From: an uncultured Pseudomonadota bacterium
GTDB taxonomy: Bacteria; Oederibacteriota; Muellerivitia; Muellerivitales; Muellerivitaceae
Reading direction: 5' to 3'
DNA length: 64,000 nucleotides
Assembly: GCA_963843375.1 (NCBI GenBank)
Contig: CAWJKT010000015.1
Span: 68,305-132,304 of the forward strand
The notes beneath the pieces are model-generated. The model worked only from the letters and a program-made list of their open reading frames with translations, did not search any database and was not told the DNA's origin. This document shows, piece after piece, positions 9,035 through 18,184 of this stretch. The first letter of the stretch is position 1, and each line of letters begins with the position of its first letter. The translations under genes and the position numbers were made by a program.

Positions 9035-11231
9035 AACTAAAACTATCCGTGAACTTGCCCATGGAAGCGATCAAGGGGACGCTTCTACTCACAATAATTT
9101 GGGCGTATTTTATTATTCCAAAGGGATGTATGCCGAGGCCATAAAAGAATTTAAAACGGCTTTGGAAGTGGATCCGGAAAACAATCAAGCGCAAGAAAAC
9201 TTGAAGGCCGTGAACCGTCATACAGGGCTTTATGATAGGTCGATCGAGGCTTACAAAAAATCAGTCCAAATGTTTCCCCAGGATGCCGAGGCTTATTACA
9301 ATCTGGCCAATGCATATCGTTATACCGGTCAATATGAAAAGGCCATCGAGGAGTATCGAAAGTCGCTCCAATTAAATCCGGACCATCCTTTTGCCAGGAA
9401 TTATTTGGGGATTGCTAACAAATGCTTAGGCAGGTTTGATGAAGCACTGGCCGAATTTCGAAAGGCCATTGAAAAAAATCCTTTTTTTGCCGACCTTCAT
9501 AATAATTTGGGCGAGGTTTATTATAAAAAAACTATGATCAACGAGGCATTGATCGAGTTTAAAAAAGCTATTTCCCTAAATCCTGATTATGCCATTGCCC
9601 ATTACAATTTAAGTTTTGTTTATGGCGACAAAAATATGCTTCAAGAAGCGGAACGAGAATTCAAAAAAGCCGTAGATTTGAATCCGAATTTTGGTCAAGG
9701 ATCACAGGCACTTTTGGCTATTGAACGCCCTAAAACCTTGGAAGAAAGGGTAGCGGAGAAAGTCGCAGCAAATCCCGCCGAACACAATGGAGTCGATACT
9801 TATTTGAGCTTAGCTTCCGCATATAAAGGAAAGGGGTTATTGGACGAGGCTATTCGGGAATATAAACGGGCCATCGAGGCCGTTCCTGGACAAGAAAAAC
9901 TTTATCGCGCCTTAGGAGAAATATATCTTGTTAAAGGGATGTTGGAGGACTCCTTAGCGGCTTCCCAAAAAGCCATCGAATTGGCTCCCAAGAATGTTGA
10001 AAACTATATTCAAACAGGGATTGCTTTAAGAGAACTTAATCGAACGGACCAAGCCGCAAAACAGTTTCTAACGGCCATACAAATATCACCTGGATCTAGT
10101 ATGGGCCATTTTGAACTGGGAGTGACCTACTTTAAAATGGGTGAAAGTGAAAAGGCGACCCAACAGGTGCGGGAAGCATTGGAAATCGATCCTCAAAATG
10201 CCGAAGCCCATTATTATCTTGGAGTTTATTACTACAAAGTGAATTTATATGACGAAGCCATTCGTGAAATTTCACAAGCCATTGATTTAAATGTTTCTAT
10301 CGCATCCAGCGCTGAAGCGTTGACCTATCTGGGATTGGCTTTATCCGATAAGGGACGGTTTGAGGAAGCGATCGCGGAATATAAAAAAGCGATGGAGTTT
10401 GACCCCAAAAATCCGATAATTCACAATAGCTTAGGAGTTGCTTACAAGAATGCAGGTATGATTCAAGAATCCATTGCACATTACCAAAAGGCCATTGAAC
10501 TTAACCCCCAATACGCAAAAGCCTACAATAATTTAGGCGTTGTTTACTTTAAAATGAGCCAATACGAGAGGGCCATTGAAGCATTCAAAAAAGCGGTTGA
10601 AATTGAACCGCTTTATAAAACAGCGCAAAATAATTTGGCCGTTGCCCTGAAAAAGAAGAATGTCCTGTCGGAAGCATCGGAAGTTCTTATTAAACAAATT
10701 ATGGCGGATCCCGAAAACGCTTCTCTCCATTTCAATTTAGGAATTCTTTATAAGAATACTGGGCAGTTTTTGGAGGCCGTTAGGGAATTTCAAGAAACGG
10801 TTCGATTAGTTCCGAAGAATCGTGAGGCTCTTACAAATTTAGGTGAAGTTTATTTGAACTTGGAAATGTTGGATGATGCCATAAAGGTTTTGGCACGCGC
10901 AGTGTCCTGTGATGTTCAATTTCCGGAAGCTCATTTACAACTGGGCAAGGTCTACATTCGGCGCAAATGGTGGGACGAGGCGCTAGTTGAACTTAGAAAA
11001 GCAGAGGAGCTTAAACCGGAATTGAATGAGGTTCATTTTTATTTGGGGCAGGTGTATAGGTTTAAAAGTTGGTGGGATGAAGCGGTTGTCGAGTTTCAGA
11101 AATATATGGACTCCCATAGCCCTGAAGAAGATAAGGTGATTCAATCGATTGACATGCTTCAACAGATACAAGTTTGGAAAAGAGAACTACAGATTTCTCC
11201 CAGCGCCGATAAATCGAAATTGATTAAATAG
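9018..11231 (+). CDS. Large TPR-repeat protein (~737 aa, about 20 repeats)
   Basis: Continuous TPR units throughout (NLGVFYYSKGMYAEAIKEFKTALEVDPEN... onward). ATG 9018 overlaps the upstream gene by 17 nt. Confidence 0.8.
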   Translation: MPTRPETKTIRELAHGSDQGDASTHNNLGVFYYSKGMYAEAIKEFKTALEVDPENNQAQENLKAVNRHTGLYDRSIEAYKKSVQMFPQDAEAYYNLANAYRYTGQYEKAIEEYRKSLQLNPDHPFARNYLGIANKCLGRFDEALAEFRKAIEKNPFFADLHNNLGEVYYKKTMINEALIEFKKAISLNPDYAIAHYNLSFVYGDKNMLQEAEREFKKAVDLNPNFGQGSQALLAIERPKTLEERVAEKVAANPAEHNGVDTYLSLASAYKGKGLLDEAIREYKRAIEAVPGQEKLYRALGEIYLVKGMLEDSLAASQKAIELAPKNVENYIQTGIALRELNRTDQAAKQFLTAIQISPGSSMGHFELGVTYFKMGESEKATQQVREALEIDPQNAEAHYYLGVYYYKVNLYDEAIREISQAIDLNVSIASSAEALTYLGLALSDKGRFEEAIAEYKKAMEFDPKNPIIHNSLGVAYKNAGMIQESIAHYQKAIELNPQYAKAYNNLGVVYFKMSQYERAIEAFKKAVEIEPLYKTAQNNLAVALKKKNVLSEASEVLIKQIMADPENASLHFNLGILYKNTGQFLEAVREFQETVRLVPKNREALTNLGEVYLNLEMLDDAIKVLARAVSCDVQFPEAHLQLGKVYIRRKWWDEALVELRKAEELKPELNEVHFYLGQVYRFKSWWDEAVVEFQKYMDSHSPEEDKVIQSIDMLQQIQVWKRELQISPSADKSKLIK

Positions 11232-11242
11232 TAAGGATATTC

Positions 11243-11581
11243 ATGAAATTGCTTGTTTGTATTATTTCGCCCAAAAAAATTGAACAAGTTAAAAAGACTT
11301 TATGGGAAGCTGGAGTTCGAGGAGTAACCTTGTCGGAGGGGTATGGTTTTGGATATCAAAGGGTTCAGGTAGAAGCGATAAAAGGGGCGGATTATAAAGT
11401 CCAATACCAGCCGAGAATACGTGTTGAAATTGCATTGCCTAATAATGAAGTTGAAAAAGTGCTTGAACTGCTTTTGGAAACAGTCCGGACGGGTCGAATT
11501 GGAGATGGAAAATTCTTTATCTTACCTCTTGAGGATGCGATTCGTGTTCGCACGGGTGAACGGGGCGAAGGTACTCTTTAA
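11243..11581 (+). CDS. P-II family signal-transduction protein (GlnB/GlnK-like)
   Basis: 112 aa, collinear with canonical GlnB: MKL..IISP.K...VK..L.EAGV.G.T..E..GFG.Q...........Y.V...P..R.EI....EVE.V...L....RTG.IGDGK.F..P...A.RVRTGE. Confidence 0.8.
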   Translation: MKLLVCIISPKKIEQVKKTLWEAGVRGVTLSEGYGFGYQRVQVEAIKGADYKVQYQPRIRVEIALPNNEVEKVLELLLETVRTGRIGDGKFFILPLEDAIRVRTGERGEGTL

Positions 11582-11699
11582 TAGGTTTTTATTGATTGGC
11601 ATAAAGCTTAAAATTTAAAAAGGTTTTCATTTTTCAACAAAACAATTAACATCAGTTTGGATCGGAACTACAAATTTATTCGTTTTTAGGGAGGGTGAA

Positions 11700-12062
11700 G
11701 TGGCACATCGAGTTATGCTCGTTGATGATGCGTCTTTCATGAGAATGATGCTGAAAAACATTCTTGTGGGATCCGGATATGAAATTATTGGTGAGGCTGA
11801 AAACGGGGCCAAAGCGGTTGAACAATATAAGAGCCTGAAACCGGATTTAACAATCATGGATATTATCATGCCTGAAATGGGTGGTATTGATGCGGTACGG
11901 GAAATTGTAAAAATAAATCCTTCCGCAAAAATTCTAATGTGTAGCTCCATGGGTCAACAATCATTAGTGGTGGAAGCAATTCAAGCTGGGGCCAAAGATT
12001 TTATTGTCAAACCTTTTCAACCATCCAACGTATTGGAGGCTGTTAAAAAGGCATTGGGTTAA
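11700..12062 (+). CDS. cheY: Chemotaxis response regulator CheY
   Basis: 120-aa receiver: VMLVDDASFMR, phospho-acceptor context DLTIMDIIMPEMGG, KPF. GTG start preceded by GGGAGGG. Confidence 0.9.
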   Translation: MAHRVMLVDDASFMRMMLKNILVGSGYEIIGEAENGAKAVEQYKSLKPDLTIMDIIMPEMGGIDAVREIVKINPSAKILMCSSMGQQSLVVEAIQAGAKDFIVKPFQPSNVLEAVKKALG

Positions 12063-12110
12063 ACCTAAAGCACTTTAAAGTCTATTCGGTTAAACAAAGT
12101 GGGTGGCGCG

Positions 12111-12750
12111 ATGGGAATAGAATCTGAAATTTTCAGTGATTTTCAATTGGATGCTTTGCGGGAAATCGGAAATGTTGGAGCCGGAAACGCCGCCACTGCT
12201 CTTTCTCAAATGGTCGGGCGCCGAGTCGATATGTCGGTAACAAAGGTTTTGGTTTTGCCAACCGATGGCATTGCGGGTTTTTTAGGCGGGTTGGATCAAA
12301 ATGTGGCTGCGGTTCATATGCCCATCTATGGAGAAGTTTGCGGTATTTCCCTTGTGTTCTTTCCACTGGATAGAATCAATGAGCTTTGTGGGATGTTGAT
12401 CGGAAAAGTAGAAAAAGATCCATTCCATTTGTCCGAATTGGGCCAATCCGCCATTAAGGAACTTGGAAGCATACTAACGGGTTCCTATTTAAGCGCTTTG
12501 TTCAGGTTTGTCCATATTCAAATGATCCATGGTGTTCCTGGGCTTGGCGTTAGATATGGCGCAAGCCGTGCTTGATACGGTTTTGGTGGAATTAGAGCAA
12601 AAAGAAGAAATCGCCATCGTGATTGAAACAGAATTTCTTGAAAATGAAAAACAATTAACAGGTAGTTTTTTCCTTTTGCCGGAAGCCGGGTCTTTGAAAA
12701 AATTGTTTATTGCTTTTTCAAAATCACTTGGAATTCCTGGGAATGCCTGA
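12111..12750 (+). pseudogene. cheC: CheC-like CheY-P phosphatase, split by a single +1 frame disruption near 12540-12547 as given
   Basis: ORFs 12099..12575 and 12529..12750 together are collinear with the intact CheC at 17422..18036 (..HGVPGL | ALDMAQAVLDT..). Both active-site motifs are partly degenerate (first ends in T rather than P; second has S for N). Confidence 0.75.
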
Positions 12751-13192
12751 AGAAAACTGGATTGTTGGCATCGCGGAATATAAGGTAACCCACAGCCCAA
12801 ACAGGCTAGTGGCTTATGGTCTGGGTTCTTGCGTGGGGGCTATACTTTGCGATCTCCAGGCTAAAGTTGGCGGGTTGGCTCATATCATGCTTCCCTCAAG
12901 CCGTCTTTATGTTCAGACGGAATTTCCTGGTAAGTTTGCCGATACTGCGATTGACATGTTAGTAAATGAGATGGAAAAATTGGGGAGCTGTCCAAAAAAT
13001 ATTTTCTCCAAAATTGTTGGTGGCGCAAATATGTTTTCTTCGATCTCGCAAAATTCAGTTCCGATTGGGTTGCGTAACGTTTCTGCTGTTCGTGAAAAGT
13101 TGCAGCAGCGAAACATCCCTATTTTGGCCGAACAAGTGGGGGGGACCCAGGGAAGAACAGTCTTATTTGATATTGAGACCGGAAAGAGTTGA
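12743..13192 (+). CDS. cheD: Chemoreceptor glutamine deamidase CheD
   Basis: ..GLGSCVGAILCD...GGLAHIMLPSS.. are the CheD catalytic Cys/His contexts. ATG 12743 overlaps the cheC stop (ATGCCTGA). Confidence 0.85.
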   Translation: MPEENWIVGIAEYKVTHSPNRLVAYGLGSCVGAILCDLQAKVGGLAHIMLPSSRLYVQTEFPGKFADTAIDMLVNEMEKLGSCPKNIFSKIVGGANMFSSISQNSVPIGLRNVSAVREKLQQRNIPILAEQVGGTQGRTVLFDIETGKS

Positions 13193-13242
13193 AATACGGA
13201 AATTAAATCAATTTTCGGAATGGATTTGATCGGAAGTGTGAA

Positions 13243-13708
13243 TTGAGTGTTTCGTTATCGGAAGTATCTAATAGTTTCCAGGTTAGCGATGAATTCCAAT
13301 GGGTTGTTTTCTGCATAGCTGGATCCGAGATGAGTGTTGGGATCAGTCATGTTCGGGAAATAATCCGTGTGGGCGAAATAACTCGAATGCCAAGGGCTCC
13401 CAAATTTTTGGAAGGAATCATCAATCTGCGAGGACGTATTATCCCCGTTTTAGACTTGAAAAGACGTTTTAATATGCCACTTGTGGATTCGACAAGTGAA
13501 TCACGGATATTAGTAGTTGAAATTGAAGACCAAATGTTAGGTCTTTTAGTGGATAAGATTTTAGAAGTCATAAAAGTTTCTGTCGCAAATGTCGCTCCGC
13601 CAAAAGAGACGACATTGAATATCGGCCCCGAGTATCATAAATGGAGTGCTGACTTTGGATCGTCGAAAAATTCTTATTTTTGAACTTGCTGAAGCTTTTT
13701 GTATTTGA
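13243..13708 (+). pseudogene. cheW: CheW coupling protein; 3' end displaced by a +1 disruption at a C-run near 13626-13629
   Basis: CheW domain (..FCIAGSEMSVGISHVREI...INLRGRIIPVLDLKRRF..LGLLVDKILEV). The conserved C-terminus (..SIINGVLTLDRRKILIFELAEAF) is only readable in the +1 frame, which ends at 13708. Confidence 0.75.
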
Positions 13709-13764
13709 GGATATGAAATTATTTTCGGATTCTGAGGCGGGTTCTTTTGGGGAGGGAAAAACCA

Positions 13765-14130
13765 TTGGCCATTAAAGTATTATTCGTGGATGATTCTTCT
13801 TTCATGAGAACTGTTCTGAAAGGGATTATTCTAAAAGACCCTTTTGAACTTGCAGGAGAGGCTGGAACCGGTAAAGATGCCGTGGATCTTTATAAGAAGT
13901 TAAAACCTGATCTCGTCACCATGGATATCGTGATGCCGGAAATGAACGGTATAGACGCCGTAAAAGAGATTCGACTCTTTGACTCGCAAGCGAAAATCAT
14001 TATGGTAAGTGCGATGGGGCAACAGAATATGGTGATTGATTCTATACAGGCAGGTGCCAGGGATTTCATAATTAAACCCTTTCAGCCACCGCGCGTCCAC
14101 GAAGCTTTGAAGCGGGTAATTGGTATTTAA
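13765..14130 (+). CDS. cheY: Chemotaxis response regulator CheY (second copy)
   Basis: Receiver domain: KVLFVDDSSFMR, DLVTMDIVMPEMNG, IIKPF. TTG 13765 sits 9 nt after GGAGGG (track start 13747). Confidence 0.85.
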   Translation: MAIKVLFVDDSSFMRTVLKGIILKDPFELAGEAGTGKDAVDLYKKLKPDLVTMDIVMPEMNGIDAVKEIRLFDSQAKIIMVSAMGQQNMVIDSIQAGARDFIIKPFQPPRVHEALKRVIGI

Positions 14131-14160
14131 GATGTATATATCAGGCCTTAGGAATTCTTT

Positions 14161-15273
14161 ATGATGCCTGAAAAATCCTCCACCATTAAAGTTTTGGTCG
14201 TCGATGACTCCTACTTCATGCGAAAAATGCTTCAGGATATCTTGGCGGATTCAAGCGATGTTATCCGTGTAGTGGACACCGCTAAAAACGGTTTGGAGGC
14301 AATTGAAAAGACTAAAAAATTAAAACCTGATGTTATTACCATGGATGTCGAAATGCCTCGGATGGATGGTTTGGTGGCTCTTGAAAAGATTATGCGGGAA
14401 CGACCGACCCCAGTGATCATGCTCTCGAGCCACACAGGAAAAGGTAGCGAAGCCACTATTCGGGCGCTGGAATTAGGAGCCGTTGATTTTATCGAAAAGC
14501 CGGTCGGCAGGATCTTGGAAAATGTTCGGGACATTCAAGGTGAATTGATTGAGAAAATTAAGATGGCGTCCCTAAGCAGGCCAAGATACTTTCCTCCATC
14601 GAGTCCAGAAGTTGAAACTAAAAGTTCAATAAAAAACCGTCCGCAGGTGAGCGGGGCTTCATCAAACGGTATCAAAAGTGAAAATCGGGCGACTTTTATT
14701 GTTGCAATCGCCTCGTCGACGGGCGGTCCCCGCGCACTGAACGAGCTTTTTTCTCGAATAACTGGAAATTCAACTTCGGCTTTCGTAATTGTGCAACATA
14801 TATCCGTTGGATTTACCAAGGCTTTAGCCCGAAGGTTAGGGGAAGTGAGCCCATTAGTATTTTCAGAAGCAATAGAAAATGGTTACTTGAAAGCAGGATG
14901 TGTTTATCTCGCGCCTGGGGGATGTCATCTCGTTTTAGAGGGGTTGCCCGGCAATTTTCGATTTGCCTTTGACGACTCTCCTCCCCGTTTAGGCGTCAAG
15001 CCCTCGGCGGATATTACAATGGCCTCCGTGGCAAAGGTTGCTCCAAAAAAATGTTTGGGAGTTGTTTTAACAGGAATGGGCCGGGATGGAACTATTGGTT
15101 TAAAAAGTATACGAGCTGTTGGTGGAAAAACGTTTGCTCAAGATGCAGAGAGTTGTGTTGTCTATGGCATGCCTAAATCTGCGATGGATGCCAAAGTGAT
15201 AGATCGACAATTGCCAATAGCCGCAATTGCGGCTGAAATCAATGCCTTTTTAAGCCACCAAATTGAACTCTAG
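14161..15273 (+). CDS. cheB: Protein-glutamate methylesterase/glutaminase CheB (receiver + methylesterase)
   Basis: N-terminal receiver (VLVVDDSYFMR, DVITMDVEMPRMDG). C-terminal catalytic contexts IASSTGGPRAL, VQHISVGF, TGMGRDG. Confidence 0.9.
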   Translation: MMPEKSSTIKVLVVDDSYFMRKMLQDILADSSDVIRVVDTAKNGLEAIEKTKKLKPDVITMDVEMPRMDGLVALEKIMRERPTPVIMLSSHTGKGSEATIRALELGAVDFIEKPVGRILENVRDIQGELIEKIKMASLSRPRYFPPSSPEVETKSSIKNRPQVSGASSNGIKSENRATFIVAIASSTGGPRALNELFSRITGNSTSAFVIVQHISVGFTKALARRLGEVSPLVFSEAIENGYLKAGCVYLAPGGCHLVLEGLPGNFRFAFDDSPPRLGVKPSADITMASVAKVAPKKCLGVVLTGMGRDGTIGLKSIRAVGGKTFAQDAESCVVYGMPKSAMDAKVIDRQLPIAAIAAEINAFLSHQIEL

Positions 15274-15345
15274 TGACGGAATGTCATAACCAATGGTTTA
15301 AAATACATAAGGTGATTTGGACTTTGTTATTGACGGGAGCTTTTA

Positions 15346-17441
15346 GTGAACATCGGAGATTATAAAGATGCTTTTTTGACGGAAGCCCGCGAGTACTTAT
15401 CGACACTTAATAATTCCTTGGTTTTGTTGGAAAAAAATCAAACTCAAACCGACGCCATTAATGATATTTTCCGAGCGGCTCATACACTTAAGGGGATGGC
15501 CGCGACGATGGGTTACGATCCAATGGTGCGGTTGACACACCAAATGGAAACACTTTTGGAACCGATTCGTTCCGGGACTCAAAATCCTTTCTACCCGAAT
15601 GGTAGATGTCCTGTTTGTTTGTTTGGATCAGTTGGAAAAATGGTTGGAAATTTTAATGACGCAAGATTTTATTGAGGAAGAAAGCCTTCAAACGGTTCTT
15701 CAATTGCTCTATTCGGTTTGGGATGACCAATCTAATTCAGATGTTTCCGGGATCGATTCTTTTACCCCCGAAATCGAAATTCCACTACTTTTCTCGGAAT
15801 CGGAAAATGAAATATTGTCCCAAGCTAAGATAAATGGCTTTTCTATCTTTAAAATTATCAATCCAATTAGTCCCGGATTGTAATTTCAAAGAAGTTCGAG
15901 CTTTCATGATCCTAAAAAACATAAATGTGTTTGGCGAAATTGTTCAAAAGCCGTCCTATTCCCGAAGAAATTGAAAAGGGACATTTTATGGACCGGTTTA
16001 TATTAGTTGTTGTGACTGATTGGAAACCTGAAAAAATCAAAGAATCGCTTTTGAATGTTGGAGAGGTTATCGATGTTAGAGTCGAGGACTTTGTGCCCAG
16101 AATCTTCTTCGGCTCCATTTACTGGGAATGAGGAAGTTTTGGGGCTGAATTCGAAAACGATTTCTCTTTCTCCGCCGAGTCAGTCGGTGGCCCCGGAAGA
16201 GCGGAAGATTATTTTACCTACCATCCGTGTCCATACCTCGAAATTAGATAAATTAATGGCATTGGTTCAGGAATTGGTAATTTCGAAAATTCGCTTTGAA
16301 CAAGTTGCTACCTCCAAAGCATTGAAAGAGTTGTCGGACCCGCTTTCACAACTAAATCACATTACCGACGAACTTCAGGACGAAATTATGAAGGTTCGTC
16401 TGATGCCCGTGAAACAAATTTTCGAAAGATTTCCGAGGATGATTCGGGACTTGGCCAAAAATTTGAATAAACAAGTTGATTTGGAAATGGATGGAGCGGA
16501 AGTTGAATTAGATAGGACAGTACTAGAGGAAATGAGCGAACCACTTGTTCATCTTTTAAGAAACGCGGTTGACCATGGGATAGAAGAACCCGAAATAAGG
16601 ACCAAAGAAGGGAAGGAACCCTATGGGACCATCCGGCTTCAGGCTAAACGCGAGAGATCTTATGTTGTTATTTCCATTTCGGATGACGGTCGGGGGGTTG
16701 ATCCGGATATTATTCGACAAAAATCTATTGAAAAAGGACTTGTGACCCCTGACGATGCGGCAAAACTAACAGATGAAGAGGTGATTCGTTTGATTGCCTT
16801 ACCTGGCTTTTCAACCGTTGAAAATGCTACTGAAATATCTGGCCGAGGTGTTGGGGTTGATGTGGCCAAAACAAAAGTTGAAATACTTAGGCGGAACTTT
16901 TCGGATTCTAAGCAAAAAAGGACATGGAACCACATTTATTTTGAAATTTCCGCTTACTTTGGCAATTATTAAGGCACTTTTAGTCAAGTGTAACCAGGAA
17001 ATATTTGCCATGCCTGTTGTCAATATCATTGAAACGCTCGATGTTTTTCCAGCGGAGAAAAAATTGATTCAACAACAAGAAACTATTATTTTGAGGGGAG
17101 ATGTTATACCCCTTTATCCACTTCAGGAACTACTGGATTTGCCCATTCCCGATGTTAGTTACATAACTGGACTGGAGACTGTTCTGGTGGTTGAGGTGGG
17201 GGAATCAAGAGTGGGATTGCGGGTGGATGAGGTAATTGCCCAACAAGAGATAGCCATTAAATCCCTAGATCGAATTTTAAAAGGCATACGTGGTTTTTCG
17301 GGCGCAACTATTCTGGGGAATGGTAAGATAGCGCTCATATTGGATGTGAATAGTTTGATCGAAGATTTAAAGGACAAGCGTTTTCAGGTTGAACATCCTC
17401 TTTTTAGTAAGGAAGACGTTAATGCTTCTCAATCTCGATGA
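15346..17441 (+). pseudogene. cheA: Chemotaxis histidine kinase CheA, spread over five reading frames (at least 5 single-nt +1 disruptions)
   Basis: HPt (AAHTLKGMAATMG) lies in ORF 15346..15675. The P2-like VRAFMILKNINVFGEIVQ and PIPEEIEKGHF lie in two further frames. P3/P4 (TIRVHTSKLDKL, HLLRNAVDHGIE, DDGRGV, GRGVGVDV) are in 16055..16972. The end of the ATPase domain and P5/CheW-like (GGTFRILSKKGHGTTF..PLTLAIIKALLV) are in 16794..17441. Confidence 0.88.
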
Positions 17442-18036
17442 ATTAAATCCAGCTCAACTGGATGCGATAAAAGAAGTTGGAAATATTGGAGCGGGGCACG
17501 GTGCGACAGCCCTTTCTCAGCTTTTAGGGAAAAGAATCTTAATCACTGTTCCTAAAGCAAACATCATTCCCTTATCAGAGATTCCGAGCTTAGTGGGGGA
17601 TCCAAATACCCTGGTAGCGGGGCTTACTTTGTCTATTTTGGGGGATGCAACAGGAAAAATTATTCTTTTGTTTCCAAGGGATTCAGCGCTTCATCTTGCG
17701 GACATGCTTTTAAAACAACCGATCGGTTCCAGCAAAATTCTAACCGAAATGGGACATTCGGCCATTAAGGAAGCTGGAAATATTCTAACCGGAGCTTACT
17801 TAAGTGCTTTAAATGAATTTTTGGGAATGTTACTCCTTATTTCAGTTCCAACTTTAGTTTTTGACATGGCGGGTGCCCTTTTGGCTACTGTCACTCAAGG
17901 GTTGGAAGATGCGACAAAAGTTATTTCGATTGAAACACGATTCATTGATGACAACAAAGAAATAGGCGGTTATTTTATTTTGGTTCCAGATGCGGTTTCG
18001 TTACGTGCTATTTTTCAAGCAATCAAGGTTAAGTGA
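17422..18036 (+). CDS. cheC: CheC-type CheY-P phosphatase (both D/S-x3-E-x2-N-x22-P motifs intact)
   Basis: DAIKEVGN + 22 aa + P, and SAIKEAGN + 22 aa + P. ATG 17422 overlaps the cheA end (track start 17389). Confidence 0.75.
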   Translation: MLLNLDELNPAQLDAIKEVGNIGAGHGATALSQLLGKRILITVPKANIIPLSEIPSLVGDPNTLVAGLTLSILGDATGKIILLFPRDSALHLADMLLKQPIGSSKILTEMGHSAIKEAGNILTGAYLSALNEFLGMLLLISVPTLVFDMAGALLATVTQGLEDATKVISIETRFIDDNKEIGGYFILVPDAVSLRAIFQAIKVK

Positions 18037-18184
18037 GATTTATTGTTAGTTTTTTGCGGTTTTGAATAAGCCTTTATTTGCGCCTTTCTGATATTTAATA
18101 AGACCGTGTTAATATAATGCCATTAAATTCTATGTTTGCTATCAGCTTGAATAAGAGGTTTTGTGAGTTCCGACACCACCCTAA

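Noticed and set aside
8396-11231. Possible hidden fusion of the T2SSE_N-CheW gene with the downstream 737-aa TPR gene (frames differ by +1; a GGGG run lies at ~9008-9011)
   Set aside because: An ATG at 9018 with a 17-nt overlap gives a normal coupled arrangement. The CheW domain is already complete before the overlap, and nothing favours a fusion except analogy with other +1 events.
11243-11581. P-II gene taken as a marker of a nitrogen-assimilation operon
   Set aside because: No amtB, glnA, glnD, nif or ure genes are adjacent. The context is purely chemosensory, so the standard annotation-by-context does not apply (kept as a finding instead).
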